Virus record (IMG/VR): IMGVR_UViG_3300043568_000902
Strand: one strand, 5' to 3'
DNA from: an uncultured virus (IMG/VR IMGVR_UViG_3300043568_000902)
Taxonomy: Duplodnaviria; Heunggongvirae; Uroviricota; Caudoviricetes
Length of the DNA stretch: 64,000 nucleotides
Below are positions 38,301-47,710 of the stretch, piece after piece. Within the stretch, counting starts at the first letter, position 1. Each line of letters begins with the position of its first letter. Below the pieces are notes generated by a model. The model had not been told where the DNA came from and ran no database searches. It worked only from the letters and a program-made list of their open reading frames with translations. The position numbers were made by a program, and so were the translations under genes.

Positions 38301-40361
38301 CCTAGTAGATATCTTCCAAAAATGAAGAATAATTTTATAACTCAGGAGTATAGTGCAATACCAAAAGAAAATTTAGAATTAATAGGTCAACCAAGTATGA
38401 CTTCAAGAGAGAAACTTATAGATTTTGGTTCGGGTATTGGAACTACAAATGAAGCTATAAATGCAGAAAGAGAGTTATTAGGTACAGGATTAGACTTTAA
38501 GCAAATAGGTAAAGTTAAAAATGATATTGGTGGTTTTGACTATGTAGTTAAACCAAGGAATATTAAACCTAAAATAGATACGAGTACAACACTTAAAGTA
38601 TTACCAGGATCTCCTAATTCAGCTCAATATCAAATTCGTGGATTAACAGGAACTAGTACAAAAACTGGTTTAACAGAAGAAAATGTTGCTGCTGCAATTG
38701 AGAGAGAAAAACAATGGATTCAATCTGATGAATATATAAGAAGACGCGCTGCTAATACAGGAGAAACAGTTGAACAAATTAAAGCTGATGTTGCTAAAAT
38801 TTTATCTACTGCAGAAGATGCAAGATTTAATTTAAATGCAAATATTACGGCTCAGGGTCAGATGACACCTAAAAGTCTTTTTAATAGAGTTCCTGGAGTA
38901 GAAGTAGCTAAGCATGCATATAATCCAATAAATACTCTTGAGCATGAAACGGGTCATTTATATTCACCAAGTATTCATGGTCAAACTGATGCTGCACTTC
39001 ATAAAGGAATGTTAGAAGCTGATGTTGCAAGTTTACCAGCTTCAGAAAGAGGTGTTTATGCTAATTATCCTACACTAGGAAAAGGATTTGACAAAACGTC
39101 AGATGCTATTAAGTTAGGAGCTGAAGAAAATTATTTAAACTTAGGATATGAACAACAAGTAAGACATTTAAATGCAAGAGCTGATATTTTAAAAGCTAAT
39201 AATTTACCACTTGAAGCTCACTTAACAGAAGCAGAAGTTAAACCTTTTGTAGACACTTGGGCTGAAAAGATGAGCAAGCTTGTAAAAGATCCTAAAAATC
39301 CTGATCTTCTTAAAGGTGAAATGGATTATGATGAACTATGGTTACAAGAAGCTTTAAAAATTAGAGAAGGTTTATTAAAGGAATATGGTGTAGCAGCAGA
39401 TTCAGAATTAACTGCTGCACAAAGACTAGTATATAAACAAAGAACCAGAGAAGAATTAACAAAAGTTATAACTGATGTTTTAAATAAAGCATGGATTGCA
39501 GTACCTGCTATTGGTGTAGGAGCAGGAATGCAACAAAAGAAAAGAGGCGGTGCTGTAAACGCTATCTCTAAATATAAAAACAAATTTGCAAGTAAAGTAA
39601 ATAATGATTTACCTATAGCTCAATCCGGAGCTGAAGTTGATTATTATATGTCATCAAAAAAACTTAATGATGAGAAGAACAGGATTGCTCAAATGAGAAA
39701 CAATGTTATTCCTATAAGTCTTAGTCATAGTGCTAGCTCAGATAATAAACCGTTTAATGTAAAGCTTCCTGAGGGCCAACATTATTGTACAACAAGAGCA
39801 TGTGAAATAGAACGTGAAGCAGGGTTTCCAATTAACCAAGTTGCATCCGGATATAAACTCATGAATGAAACAACTCCTGAGAATGGCTGGTACCCTACAG
39901 CATATAATGACTTACTTCCTGGAGATATTGCACAAATTATAAGAACTGTTGGAGGAGGTCATACTATGGTATCGGCAGGAGATGCTGGTAATGTGCCTTT
40001 ACAGTTTCGTGGAGAAGCGGATCCTAATCAAAAAGCATTTTATGCAGATAGTGGTGAGGGTAATAATTTTAACTTTTTATCTCCTAAATCAGAAAACACT
40101 TTAGCACGTTGGATGGATAATGTTAAAAAAATAAACTACTATACTTATAAAGGTAATCTTCCGCAGTATCAAAAAGAATTTCAGCAAGCTGCTCATAATT
40201 ATTTGCATGATACTTCAGAAGGAGACTATGGGCCTATGGCACCTATTGATGCAATACCTCATAAAAAACAAGGTGGTATGCAAAAAGCTAAAACTAGAAA
40301 AGATAAAGGGTTCCAAATTCTTACAGATGCTAATGGTAAGTACGTGTTTGTTAAAACCTAA
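35358..40361 (+). CDS. Multidomain virion cargo protein (zincin, hydrophobic segment, ART-like, zincin, NlpC/P60-like)
   Basis: HERSH 36144, R/SFS/ERE 38163-38474, HETGH 38943, Cys 39786 and His 39960 with LLPGD. Confidence 0.6.
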   Translation: MAKVSKYGQWKYPGEDTIVPTPDGRITMKDVPYPVLGIDNKGNRQMMMPGMDYQFSGKSVYEIPMVKSGGTRKVKIKKLPKAQIIGGIEYLGDVTQDEDNYWEQSYNKWIGKKLSPEEAYNAATADVNARRGPSHPYYVYNANSGLPNENSGVVVPAQKPNPYKHLQDWPDFNESGSAQDFYGNTDDAVKWEKQWYSRRANLPQFKDIAEKRLSLADSIEMQPWSADNWQNSLSPYATGYYSWDDATVNIPQSYFSRPSLYTHERSHWYDYNAPQDNMVTSYYKGKPIPLYNEYDPILNNIIPDEYMTPGGEGATNDVYSKEGIYSPFTNDDPNYDVNYYYNPTEVRARLNEWRRRLNIDPTKNYSNDEIQQIIDKDINSGDRGSFDLYKVLRGRGDLLKQINDSYVSTGDKENSDELPKAQRGLRKAQTVGQFSNPNFKSSYDWRKSPAENAELNRRAEAAGHNSVGEYEASGWAWQPEKTHFTKGQGTGIGIIKAQPQQQTWDQQVMQGIPGVPAAPPKAAPSIEDQVYSDRYRIPENENDIDYSTVIKSKIPGLSKSTHPDVQMLQQKEAADVAEWVDTKYKEESPEEKEQRNRESFIKYNTTPGKEDLEKVNPETGYAKAAYTGRPGAGPKLGGMSLWNPEDVANSGITDTDVNEYLEALYNNQQQADRVAQITLDLGFSKDEKEKERLSAELKDKKYILAQSDKVLNNTAFTKKLWDYQTGRQEAANKANMIGTATSTMGPLDAAVGLAAGLPALSATMAAPILGTSLTLGSAVNPFFYAAGINGFLNPNSDFSQAAEAWSKGKGSGTDVLLEAGLNTLNFLGYKSVPTDIGNFGKAYKEIATGESIIPYAWKSPAVGLSQEASADMFNSLLNSGKMTPVERNIVLEYQNNPSAFTGRFGSVDPVKRSALNDIIGKYELQFPQNSNAIATRRFNFNRGNLGANIENGRINFGDRPTSFSAGLGIEGYNGAPDRLVIPSRYLPKMKNNFITQEYSAIPKENLELIGQPSMTSREKLIDFGSGIGTTNEAINAERELLGTGLDFKQIGKVKNDIGGFDYVVKPRNIKPKIDTSTTLKVLPGSPNSAQYQIRGLTGTSTKTGLTEENVAAAIEREKQWIQSDEYIRRRAANTGETVEQIKADVAKILSTAEDARFNLNANITAQGQMTPKSLFNRVPGVEVAKHAYNPINTLEHETGHLYSPSIHGQTDAALHKGMLEADVASLPASERGVYANYPTLGKGFDKTSDAIKLGAEENYLNLGYEQQVRHLNARADILKANNLPLEAHLTEAEVKPFVDTWAEKMSKLVKDPKNPDLLKGEMDYDELWLQEALKIREGLLKEYGVAADSELTAAQRLVYKQRTREELTKVITDVLNKAWIAVPAIGVGAGMQQKKRGGAVNAISKYKNKFASKVNNDLPIAQSGAEVDYYMSSKKLNDEKNRIAQMRNNVIPISLSHSASSDNKPFNVKLPEGQHYCTTRACEIEREAGFPINQVASGYKLMNETTPENGWYPTAYNDLLPGDIAQIIRTVGGGHTMVSAGDAGNVPLQFRGEADPNQKAFYADSGEGNNFNFLSPKSENTLARWMDNVKKINYYTYKGNLPQYQKEFQQAAHNYLHDTSEGDYGPMAPIDAIPHKKQGGMQKAKTRKDKGFQILTDANGKYVFVKT

Positions 40362-40443
40362 ACTTCAAAAGTTAAAACTTTGACTATTAGGAAATTATTA
40401 AAGAAATCAGTATCTTATATAGTATAATGAGTATATTAGCATT

Positions 40444-43362
40444 ATGATAAAAAAGTATGACATGGGAGGCCCTTGGCAAGATATACTTGGAGAAGAGTTT
40501 GATAACTCATTAAATCATGTTGATTTAAATAATCCAGATATAAGCTTAAGCAAACCTGGTGGGATTAATCTTAAGCATGTTTATGATAACTTTAATATAA
40601 AGTTAAAGAAACCTGGTATGGGTGGTGCCGGTTTTATGGATAACCACCCATACTTAACTGATACTGTTCGCGGAGCAAAATCTTTACTGCAAATGGGATT
40701 AGACTCCCGCAACATGAATGCTGCTAAAGATGCTCAAAGAGATTACTTTAACGATGTTCGTAATCTTTATACTTCATATGATATGAAGAAGTATGGGCAA
40801 ACACCGTTCTTAAATCAAACTGCAACTAATGTGCAATTTCCAAATGAAATGGTGATTCCTTATGAGCAAGAAGTTGGTGGCTACCCTAGATATAATAAAC
40901 AATATCAAAATGTAAGACTTGCTAAAAAGGGCGGGTCTCAATTGTATCTAGCATTTCAAGGCGGAGGTCCTGTTAGTGAAACGGGATCTTTAGGAAATCT
41001 ACCTAAATATAAAATGGGCTCACTATCTCCAGTACAAAGAGTACTAGCGTTAGATGCACAACACTACGGAATACCTATGGCAAAAAACGGCGGAAACTAT
41101 TTTGTTCCAGAAAAGTTAACTAATAATACTGAGAACTTTGAGTATTATGAGAAACCTGGAAAATTCTTGGGCTATGTAAAAGATATGGCTCAAAACGCAA
41201 TCCTACAAGAAGCTTTAGGAAGAAAGCGTAAGGGTGAGATCGAAGATGATATGCCAATGGCACAAATGGGTATGGGCATTGGGAACTTTGAAGAATTTGG
41301 TTATGATAGCAATAATGAGTTAAATGATGCTTATGCTAGTATGTATAACCCTCAAACCCAAAAACAATTTAATCAAAGTGCGCCGGAAAATTTCTTGCGT
41401 TCTGCAAAAATGGCATTCTCTAAACCAATTGCTAATCGTCAAGAAAAACAAGCTGAGCAACAGCAACAAATCAATACTTTACTAGATATTTATAATAATA
41501 ACATGAATTATCAAACTGCACGAAACGGAGGTTTAAAAAGATATGAACTTGCCGGTATAACTAAACCAACTGCAACAACAGCAGCTGATTTTGAAAATTG
41601 GTATAACACTACTTTGGGTAACCTTATTCAAAGTGGTGCAGATCAAAACAAAATTAATTCCTTTGTTACACAAGCAAGACAATGGGCAGATGATGCTCGA
41701 AAATATCAAAATATAGGTGTTGACCCAAATCAAATGGGCTATAAAAACTTAAATCCAAATACTGTACAAGGATCAATGGATCCAGCATTTGAAGCTGACT
41801 TAGATAAAACTATAGCTGAATTTGAAGATAAATATGCAACAGCACAAGCTAATGGTGCAAGTCAAACTGAATTAGATAAGATTTTAGCTGATCAAGATGC
41901 TGCTGTTAAAGGTGTTGTTGGTGGTCAAAGTATTGATGCTTCTGGTAATATGACAGGTGGTTGGTCAGGTAAATACAATCCTAAAGTAAACAATGTACCT
42001 GCAGATTATTATGGTGCTCCTAATGTAACACAACCAGGTGCTACTCCTGGAGCTACACCAGGTGCAGCTACTACACCAGGCGCTACACCAGGAGCTGGAA
42101 CTAATCAGCAAAACTATAAACCAATGTTTGATCCAGCAGTAATGAATGTATTAGCTGCAATGGCTCAAGGATATACTAAAACTCCATTCCTTGGTTTTAG
42201 AAGCAATCGTAATATGAGAGCTATGTTGAATCAAGCTATGGCTCAATCATTATTAAACTATGTTCCTGGTGCTGGTACTCAAGTAGGACCACAAGGTGGA
42301 AACGCACCTGCAGGTACAGGTGCTGGTACTGGAACAGGTGCTGGAGCTGGCACTGCTCCTCAAGCAGGTATGGATTATAACTCATGGATTAAAGATAATA
42401 ATATCAATAGATATGATATTACTCAGCGTCCTAATGTATATAAGATGAGAATTAGAGCTAATCAAGCTGGTCAAAGTCTTGCACAAGTTGATGCTAATGG
42501 TAACCCAATTCCTGGTGCTGACTCCGGTCCAGGTTTATTTGAAAGACTACGTGAAAATAAACAAGAACGTGTATTAAATAGAGAAGAGCGTAAAGCAGAA
42601 AGACAAGCACGTAAAGACGGTAGAGGATCTTCTGAAATAAATCCTAGACGTATGGAGCGTCAAGTAAGAAGAGACTATAAAAAATTCATGGAGGATCAAG
42701 AAGCTGAAAGCACATATAGAAAAGATCCGAATTCATATAGCCCTGTACTAACAGAGCCAATGTATGATTTTCTTAATCCTCCTGCTGGTGCACCTCCTTT
42801 GATGCCAGGTTATGGCCCAGGTACTCCAATGGGACCAGTTGGTGTTGGTAATGTCATTCCTCCTCCAGGTTCTGCACCAGCTCCAGGATATTCCACACCC
42901 CCTATGAATATGGGACCTGGATATCAAAATACAAATCCTATTATGAGTGGTTCACCATACACAGGTACACCATTTGATCAAGGACGTGCTGGTCAAGTTA
43001 TGCAAAATGACATAGCAAAAAGAAATAGATTTACAGAAATAATGCGAGGAATGGGTAGCTCTGCGGCAGATACTGGTGAATATGGACCAATGGATCCTAA
43101 TACAGGAATGTATCCTAAAACGCCAGCTACACCTGCACCATCTCCAGCTCGAGTTCGTACAAGTTCATCAGGTCAAGGATCCGCTAGCCCAGCTGATATG
43201 GATGCTGCATGGGAAGAATACATGCGCAGTATGAATACAAAAGCATATGGCGGTAGTTATGCTATGGGCGGTATGTATCAACAAGGTGGTGTTTATGATT
43301 TAGATGATAGCACAGTAGAAGCATTAAGAATGCTTGGTTATGATATTGAGGACTTACAGTAA
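40444..43362 (+). CDS. Low-complexity (G/P/Q/M/N-rich) virion cargo protein
   Basis: Composition, many xxGG motifs, position in the cargo cluster. Confidence 0.55.
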   Translation: MIKKYDMGGPWQDILGEEFDNSLNHVDLNNPDISLSKPGGINLKHVYDNFNIKLKKPGMGGAGFMDNHPYLTDTVRGAKSLLQMGLDSRNMNAAKDAQRDYFNDVRNLYTSYDMKKYGQTPFLNQTATNVQFPNEMVIPYEQEVGGYPRYNKQYQNVRLAKKGGSQLYLAFQGGGPVSETGSLGNLPKYKMGSLSPVQRVLALDAQHYGIPMAKNGGNYFVPEKLTNNTENFEYYEKPGKFLGYVKDMAQNAILQEALGRKRKGEIEDDMPMAQMGMGIGNFEEFGYDSNNELNDAYASMYNPQTQKQFNQSAPENFLRSAKMAFSKPIANRQEKQAEQQQQINTLLDIYNNNMNYQTARNGGLKRYELAGITKPTATTAADFENWYNTTLGNLIQSGADQNKINSFVTQARQWADDARKYQNIGVDPNQMGYKNLNPNTVQGSMDPAFEADLDKTIAEFEDKYATAQANGASQTELDKILADQDAAVKGVVGGQSIDASGNMTGGWSGKYNPKVNNVPADYYGAPNVTQPGATPGATPGAATTPGATPGAGTNQQNYKPMFDPAVMNVLAAMAQGYTKTPFLGFRSNRNMRAMLNQAMAQSLLNYVPGAGTQVGPQGGNAPAGTGAGTGTGAGAGTAPQAGMDYNSWIKDNNINRYDITQRPNVYKMRIRANQAGQSLAQVDANGNPIPGADSGPGLFERLRENKQERVLNREERKAERQARKDGRGSSEINPRRMERQVRRDYKKFMEDQEAESTYRKDPNSYSPVLTEPMYDFLNPPAGAPPLMPGYGPGTPMGPVGVGNVIPPPGSAPAPGYSTPPMNMGPGYQNTNPIMSGSPYTGTPFDQGRAGQVMQNDIAKRNRFTEIMRGMGSSAADTGEYGPMDPNTGMYPKTPATPAPSPARVRTSSSGQGSASPADMDAAWEEYMRSMNTKAYGGSYAMGGMYQQGGVYDLDDSTVEALRMLGYDIEDLQ
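42034..42102 (+). repeat. PGAT peptide tandem repeat
   Basis: PGAT PGAT PGAATT PGAT PGAGT. Confidence 0.8.
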
Positions 43363-43370
43363 ATAAACAT

Positions 43371-46073
43371 ATGAAGAGAGTTAGAATTAAAGGTTTACCA
43401 CAAGCAAAAAAAGGTGGTTCAAAGTATCCTGATATTTATTTTCAAGCAGCACCTTGGGCTCTTCATAATACTGCAGGAGATCCACCAACTGAGGCTCGTA
43501 AATCTGTTCAGCGAGATGATGAAAACCCCAACCTTGAGGCTGAGGGTGGCGAGACTGAATTAACTACTATTGGTGGTTTACCAGCACATTTTAATATTAA
43601 TGGTCCGTCACACGCTGAAGGTGGTGTACCTATGCGTGCCACCGAAGATTCTTTTATCTTTAGTAAATTCCTAAAGATGCCAAAGGACTTAGCAGAATAC
43701 TTTGGGTATCCTATTAAAAAGGGTAAGTCACAAACTTCTAAATATTCTTATGCAGATGCTGCTAAGAAATATGGGGGCGTTGTAAATGACGCAAGACAAA
43801 TTATGGCAGATCCTAATGCTACTAAGATGGATATTACTACTGCAGAGTTAAACATTAAAAACTCTATTGATAAGCTGGGTCAGATTGCCCTAGCTCAAGA
43901 AAGTAGTAAAGGTCTTAAAGAAATACCATCTTTAGCAATACCTTACTTAATGCGCGTGGGTGCAGACCCTGCAGCTTTAATGCCATTAGCAGATAATGAA
44001 GGCGCGGAGCAGCAACCAGGTAATGAAATGGCTGAAGGTCAAGAAATGCCAGAAGCAAGATATGGCGGATTACCAATTGCACAAACTGGTAAGATGCGTA
44101 GAATTCAACGCCGCATTAACAGATTAAAAGGAGCTCAGGTTCAACCTCGTATTATTGTTGATCCATACACTGGAATGACATATAATGTTGATGGATATGG
44201 AAATATCATTAATGCTCCATTTGGAGGCCAAGGTAATTTCATGAATCCAAATCTTGAAAGAAATAGAACAACTCCTGTTACAACACAAGAGTTAAGTGAT
44301 GCTTGGGCAAGGATGTCAAATCAGCAAAGTGCGCAACAACCTAGAAGTACTACAACCACTATTAAGTATCAACCTCCAAAAGGAGCTATTGTTATTACTA
44401 GGACTGAGGGTGAAAGTGATGAGGCATTCCAAGCTCGTTTAAAAGAAGAATTTAAAAAGGCTTCAAATAAAAACTTAGTTTATACTGTAACTCCTTCCGG
44501 TGGCTATCAAAAAGTAACTGCAAAAAAAATTGCAAAAGCTTTACCTTCTTCTTACACAGAAGATCCAAGACTTGGTAAACTTAATAATAACTATGCATAC
44601 GTTGAAAGTTTATTAAGTGATCCTAAGAATGATGATATAGTAACTAAGATGTATGAAAACTACAAGGCTGAAATCAACTCTAGTTCTAAAATTACCAGTG
44701 CTGAAAAAGCAAAACTATTAAAGTTAGATAAGAAACAAGTTCTTGACTTATTTATGAAAGCTCAAAAACAAGTATTTGCAATACATGAAGGAGAGCAAAG
44801 TGGTAAGGTAGAAACCCCTATTACAAAAGATGTTAATGACATTTGGGATAAGAGTGGTAATGCTGAGTATAAAAAAACTATGAAAGCCCTTGGGTTTTCA
44901 GATGATGAGATATTTGATACAGATAACATTGTTGCTTTCCAAGCTGCCTATAGAGGTCTTCAAAAAGCATCAATAGATGATTCAGCTATTGCAGAAAAGC
45001 TAAAAGAATTTGACTTAATACCTAGAGGTATGCGTGATAAAGGAGACTATGATCCTTTAAATGACCCAATGGGAAGACAAATGTCTGGTGTAGATAAAGT
45101 ATGGGGTAACACAACTGCTGGTCAAGGTTTATTTGCAAAAGGTAATTTAGAAGATGAGATCTTAGATCTTAAAGATATTAACGATCAAACTAAAACTGAA
45201 TATCCTTTAGAAGATATACCTGAGCTACCTGAGTACACAGCTCCGCATGAGTTACAGTATTTGGGACCAGATGTAAATAACATGGTTGCTAACTTGGCTA
45301 TTATGGCTAATCAACCTAATGTTATGCCAATGCCAGGTGTTACACCAAGTGTTCCTATACAAGGGGCTTATTTAGATCCAAGTAGAGAGATTGCTGAAAC
45401 TCAAGGTTTAGGATCTACAATAGTTCGTGGATCAGGTGTATATGGTAAACCACAAGCTTATGCTGGTGCAACCGGAGATATTCAAGGTAAAGTTTCAGAA
45501 GCTATTGCTAATACATTAGGTAAATTCTATAATGCTAATAATGAAATCTACGATAATCTAGGAAAACTTAGATATGATAGAGATTTTAAAGTAGGATTAT
45601 TGGGTGCTGAAAATGCTAAAACTTACTATGATGAGTTAACGCAAAAGATTCAAAACCAAAAAGATATTCAAAATCAAGCTATTGCACAAACAGCACAGCT
45701 GAAAAATGCTATGGATGTTAATGCCGCTGATATATATAATCTTGAGGAGATGAATCAAAACAGGTACCTTATAGATAAACCAAGCGGAGTAGTATATTTC
45801 AACAAACCTAGAAAACTTACAGGTCAAGTAGATCCTCAGCAATTTGAACAAGATCTTGAAAGAATTCAAGAACTTATGAGAACTGGTGTTAGTGCTGACC
45901 AAGCAGCTAGATCTGTTATGGGTACTAAGGGCGCAACCGAATCTGAAGATGCTAGTGGTATTGCTGCTATAAATAAAGTATTACAGCAACAAGCTATGGC
46001 TGCTCAACTTAATCCTAGCATGATGCAAGCTTACATGCAAGCTGGTACAGGTGCAATGCCTTATCCATATTGA
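43371..46073 (+). CDS. Virion cargo/ejection protein (crAss cargo C1-like)
   Basis: NLEAEGGE...GPSHAEGGV...SFIFS N-terminal motif characteristic of crAss-like cargo proteins; C-terminal coiled coil. Confidence 0.65.
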   Translation: MKRVRIKGLPQAKKGGSKYPDIYFQAAPWALHNTAGDPPTEARKSVQRDDENPNLEAEGGETELTTIGGLPAHFNINGPSHAEGGVPMRATEDSFIFSKFLKMPKDLAEYFGYPIKKGKSQTSKYSYADAAKKYGGVVNDARQIMADPNATKMDITTAELNIKNSIDKLGQIALAQESSKGLKEIPSLAIPYLMRVGADPAALMPLADNEGAEQQPGNEMAEGQEMPEARYGGLPIAQTGKMRRIQRRINRLKGAQVQPRIIVDPYTGMTYNVDGYGNIINAPFGGQGNFMNPNLERNRTTPVTTQELSDAWARMSNQQSAQQPRSTTTTIKYQPPKGAIVITRTEGESDEAFQARLKEEFKKASNKNLVYTVTPSGGYQKVTAKKIAKALPSSYTEDPRLGKLNNNYAYVESLLSDPKNDDIVTKMYENYKAEINSSSKITSAEKAKLLKLDKKQVLDLFMKAQKQVFAIHEGEQSGKVETPITKDVNDIWDKSGNAEYKKTMKALGFSDDEIFDTDNIVAFQAAYRGLQKASIDDSAIAEKLKEFDLIPRGMRDKGDYDPLNDPMGRQMSGVDKVWGNTTAGQGLFAKGNLEDEILDLKDINDQTKTEYPLEDIPELPEYTAPHELQYLGPDVNNMVANLAIMANQPNVMPMPGVTPSVPIQGAYLDPSREIAETQGLGSTIVRGSGVYGKPQAYAGATGDIQGKVSEAIANTLGKFYNANNEIYDNLGKLRYDRDFKVGLLGAENAKTYYDELTQKIQNQKDIQNQAIAQTAQLKNAMDVNAADIYNLEEMNQNRYLIDKPSGVVYFNKPRKLTGQVDPQQFEQDLERIQELMRTGVSADQAARSVMGTKGATESEDASGIAAINKVLQQQAMAAQLNPSMMQAYMQAGTGAMPYPY

Positions 46074-46148
46074 ACCTAAATTTTAAAAAGTTAAACTTTT
46101 TAAAGTTATTAAATTTTAAAAGTTTTTCGTATATTTACAGTATAAACT

Positions 46149-47696
46149 ATGGCAACGTACTTACAAGGAAGCAATAAATACATACCGCAGATACAACCGT
46201 ATCAGCCGGATCTTAATTTTTATAAGACTGTACTTGAGACAAAATCAGCTCAATATGATCAGGGCTATACCCGTGTTAATAATATTTACGGTACTTTATT
46301 AAACTCACCTCTTAGCAGACAAGATACTGCGCAAATGCGAAATGATTTCTTTTCAAAAGCTAATAATGAAATACAAAGGTTAGCGGGTATGGATTTATCT
46401 TTAGAGGAAAACCAAAACGCAGCTTTCAAAGTATTTAAACCATTGACAACCAACCCTTTATTTGCAAAAGATATTGGCTATACTAAGAACTTACAAAAAG
46501 CATTTGATAGAGCAGACTACTTTAAAAATTGTTTAAATCCTAAAGAATGTGGTGATAAGTATTGGGAAGAGGGTGTTGCTTATTTAAATTATCAAGCTCA
46601 AGATTTTGCTAATGCTGATGCTGATAAAGCATTAAGAATGTCATCTCCTGAGTATGTGCCATTTGTAAATATTGCTAAAGAGGCCCTTAAGTATTTAGGT
46701 GATAGTAAATTTGAAATGCAAACCATACAAAGTGATGGTAGATATAACTACACAATTACTAATGGTGTACCTGCAGAAGCTCCTTTACATAACTATCTTT
46801 TAGCAATGTACGGGAATGATGCTAATCTTCAAAAGATGTATAAGGTTTCAGCATACTTGCAAAGAAAACAATATGGTGAAGAACATGCAGAAGAATTTGG
46901 CGGAACTCAAGAAGCTGAAAGAGATTATATAGGTAAAGTTCTTAAAGCGCAAGATGAAACATTGCGCTCATATAAAGAAGAGGTTGCTAGTAGACAAAGA
47001 GAAATTAATGCTAAAAAATCTGTAGCTGATAAGTATATTCAAAATGAAGGTGTTGATCCTGATGCGGATCAAGACTTTGTAAAATATTATCAATCGTTAA
47101 ATTCTGATTTACAAGCTACAACTGCTACAGATGATTATTATTCATCAGCTTTAGATGATACATTACCATCGGCAGTAGAAAGCTTAGACTTTGATGTACT
47201 TGCAGAAAGAATAGATAATATGTTAGGCATGTCTATTCTTGATTCTGATATGGCGCAGATTGCATCAGCTTATGCAACAACTACACAAAAGATTGAAAAA
47301 GAAGTTGACGAAATTTATTTAACTCAGCTTAAGCATCAGAACTCTTTATCTGAGATTGCAGCAAGAGGTTCTGTACAACAAAGTTTAGAAAAAACTAGAC
47401 AAGCTAATAGACTAGAAGAATTATATTGGGAGTCTAAATTAGGTGTTGGTAGAAGTTCAACTACAAATAAAGACGGTACTCCTAAGATTAATAAAACTAC
47501 AACACCAGGATTAGAGTTTTTAACAGACGCTGAAATTTTACAATATAAAGATAATATAAATAAAAACTCACAGCGTGAAGAAGGCTGGTCTGTAAAAGGA
47601 ACGGATCCTTATGCAGAGGGTAAAGATTATGAGTTATCAGAAGAAGATATTAAAAGGCTTGAAGAACAAGGTTATGTTTTTGAAGAAATTGAATAA
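46149..47696 (+). CDS. Virion cargo/ejection protein
   Basis: MATYLQG...QIQPYQPD start; helical; cargo-cluster position. Confidence 0.6.
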   Translation: MATYLQGSNKYIPQIQPYQPDLNFYKTVLETKSAQYDQGYTRVNNIYGTLLNSPLSRQDTAQMRNDFFSKANNEIQRLAGMDLSLEENQNAAFKVFKPLTTNPLFAKDIGYTKNLQKAFDRADYFKNCLNPKECGDKYWEEGVAYLNYQAQDFANADADKALRMSSPEYVPFVNIAKEALKYLGDSKFEMQTIQSDGRYNYTITNGVPAEAPLHNYLLAMYGNDANLQKMYKVSAYLQRKQYGEEHAEEFGGTQEAERDYIGKVLKAQDETLRSYKEEVASRQREINAKKSVADKYIQNEGVDPDADQDFVKYYQSLNSDLQATTATDDYYSSALDDTLPSAVESLDFDVLAERIDNMLGMSILDSDMAQIASAYATTTQKIEKEVDEIYLTQLKHQNSLSEIAARGSVQQSLEKTRQANRLEELYWESKLGVGRSSTTNKDGTPKINKTTTPGLEFLTDAEILQYKDNINKNSQREEGWSVKGTDPYAEGKDYELSEEDIKRLEEQGYVFEEIE

Positions 47697-47710
47697 TTAA
47701 AAATTGGATT

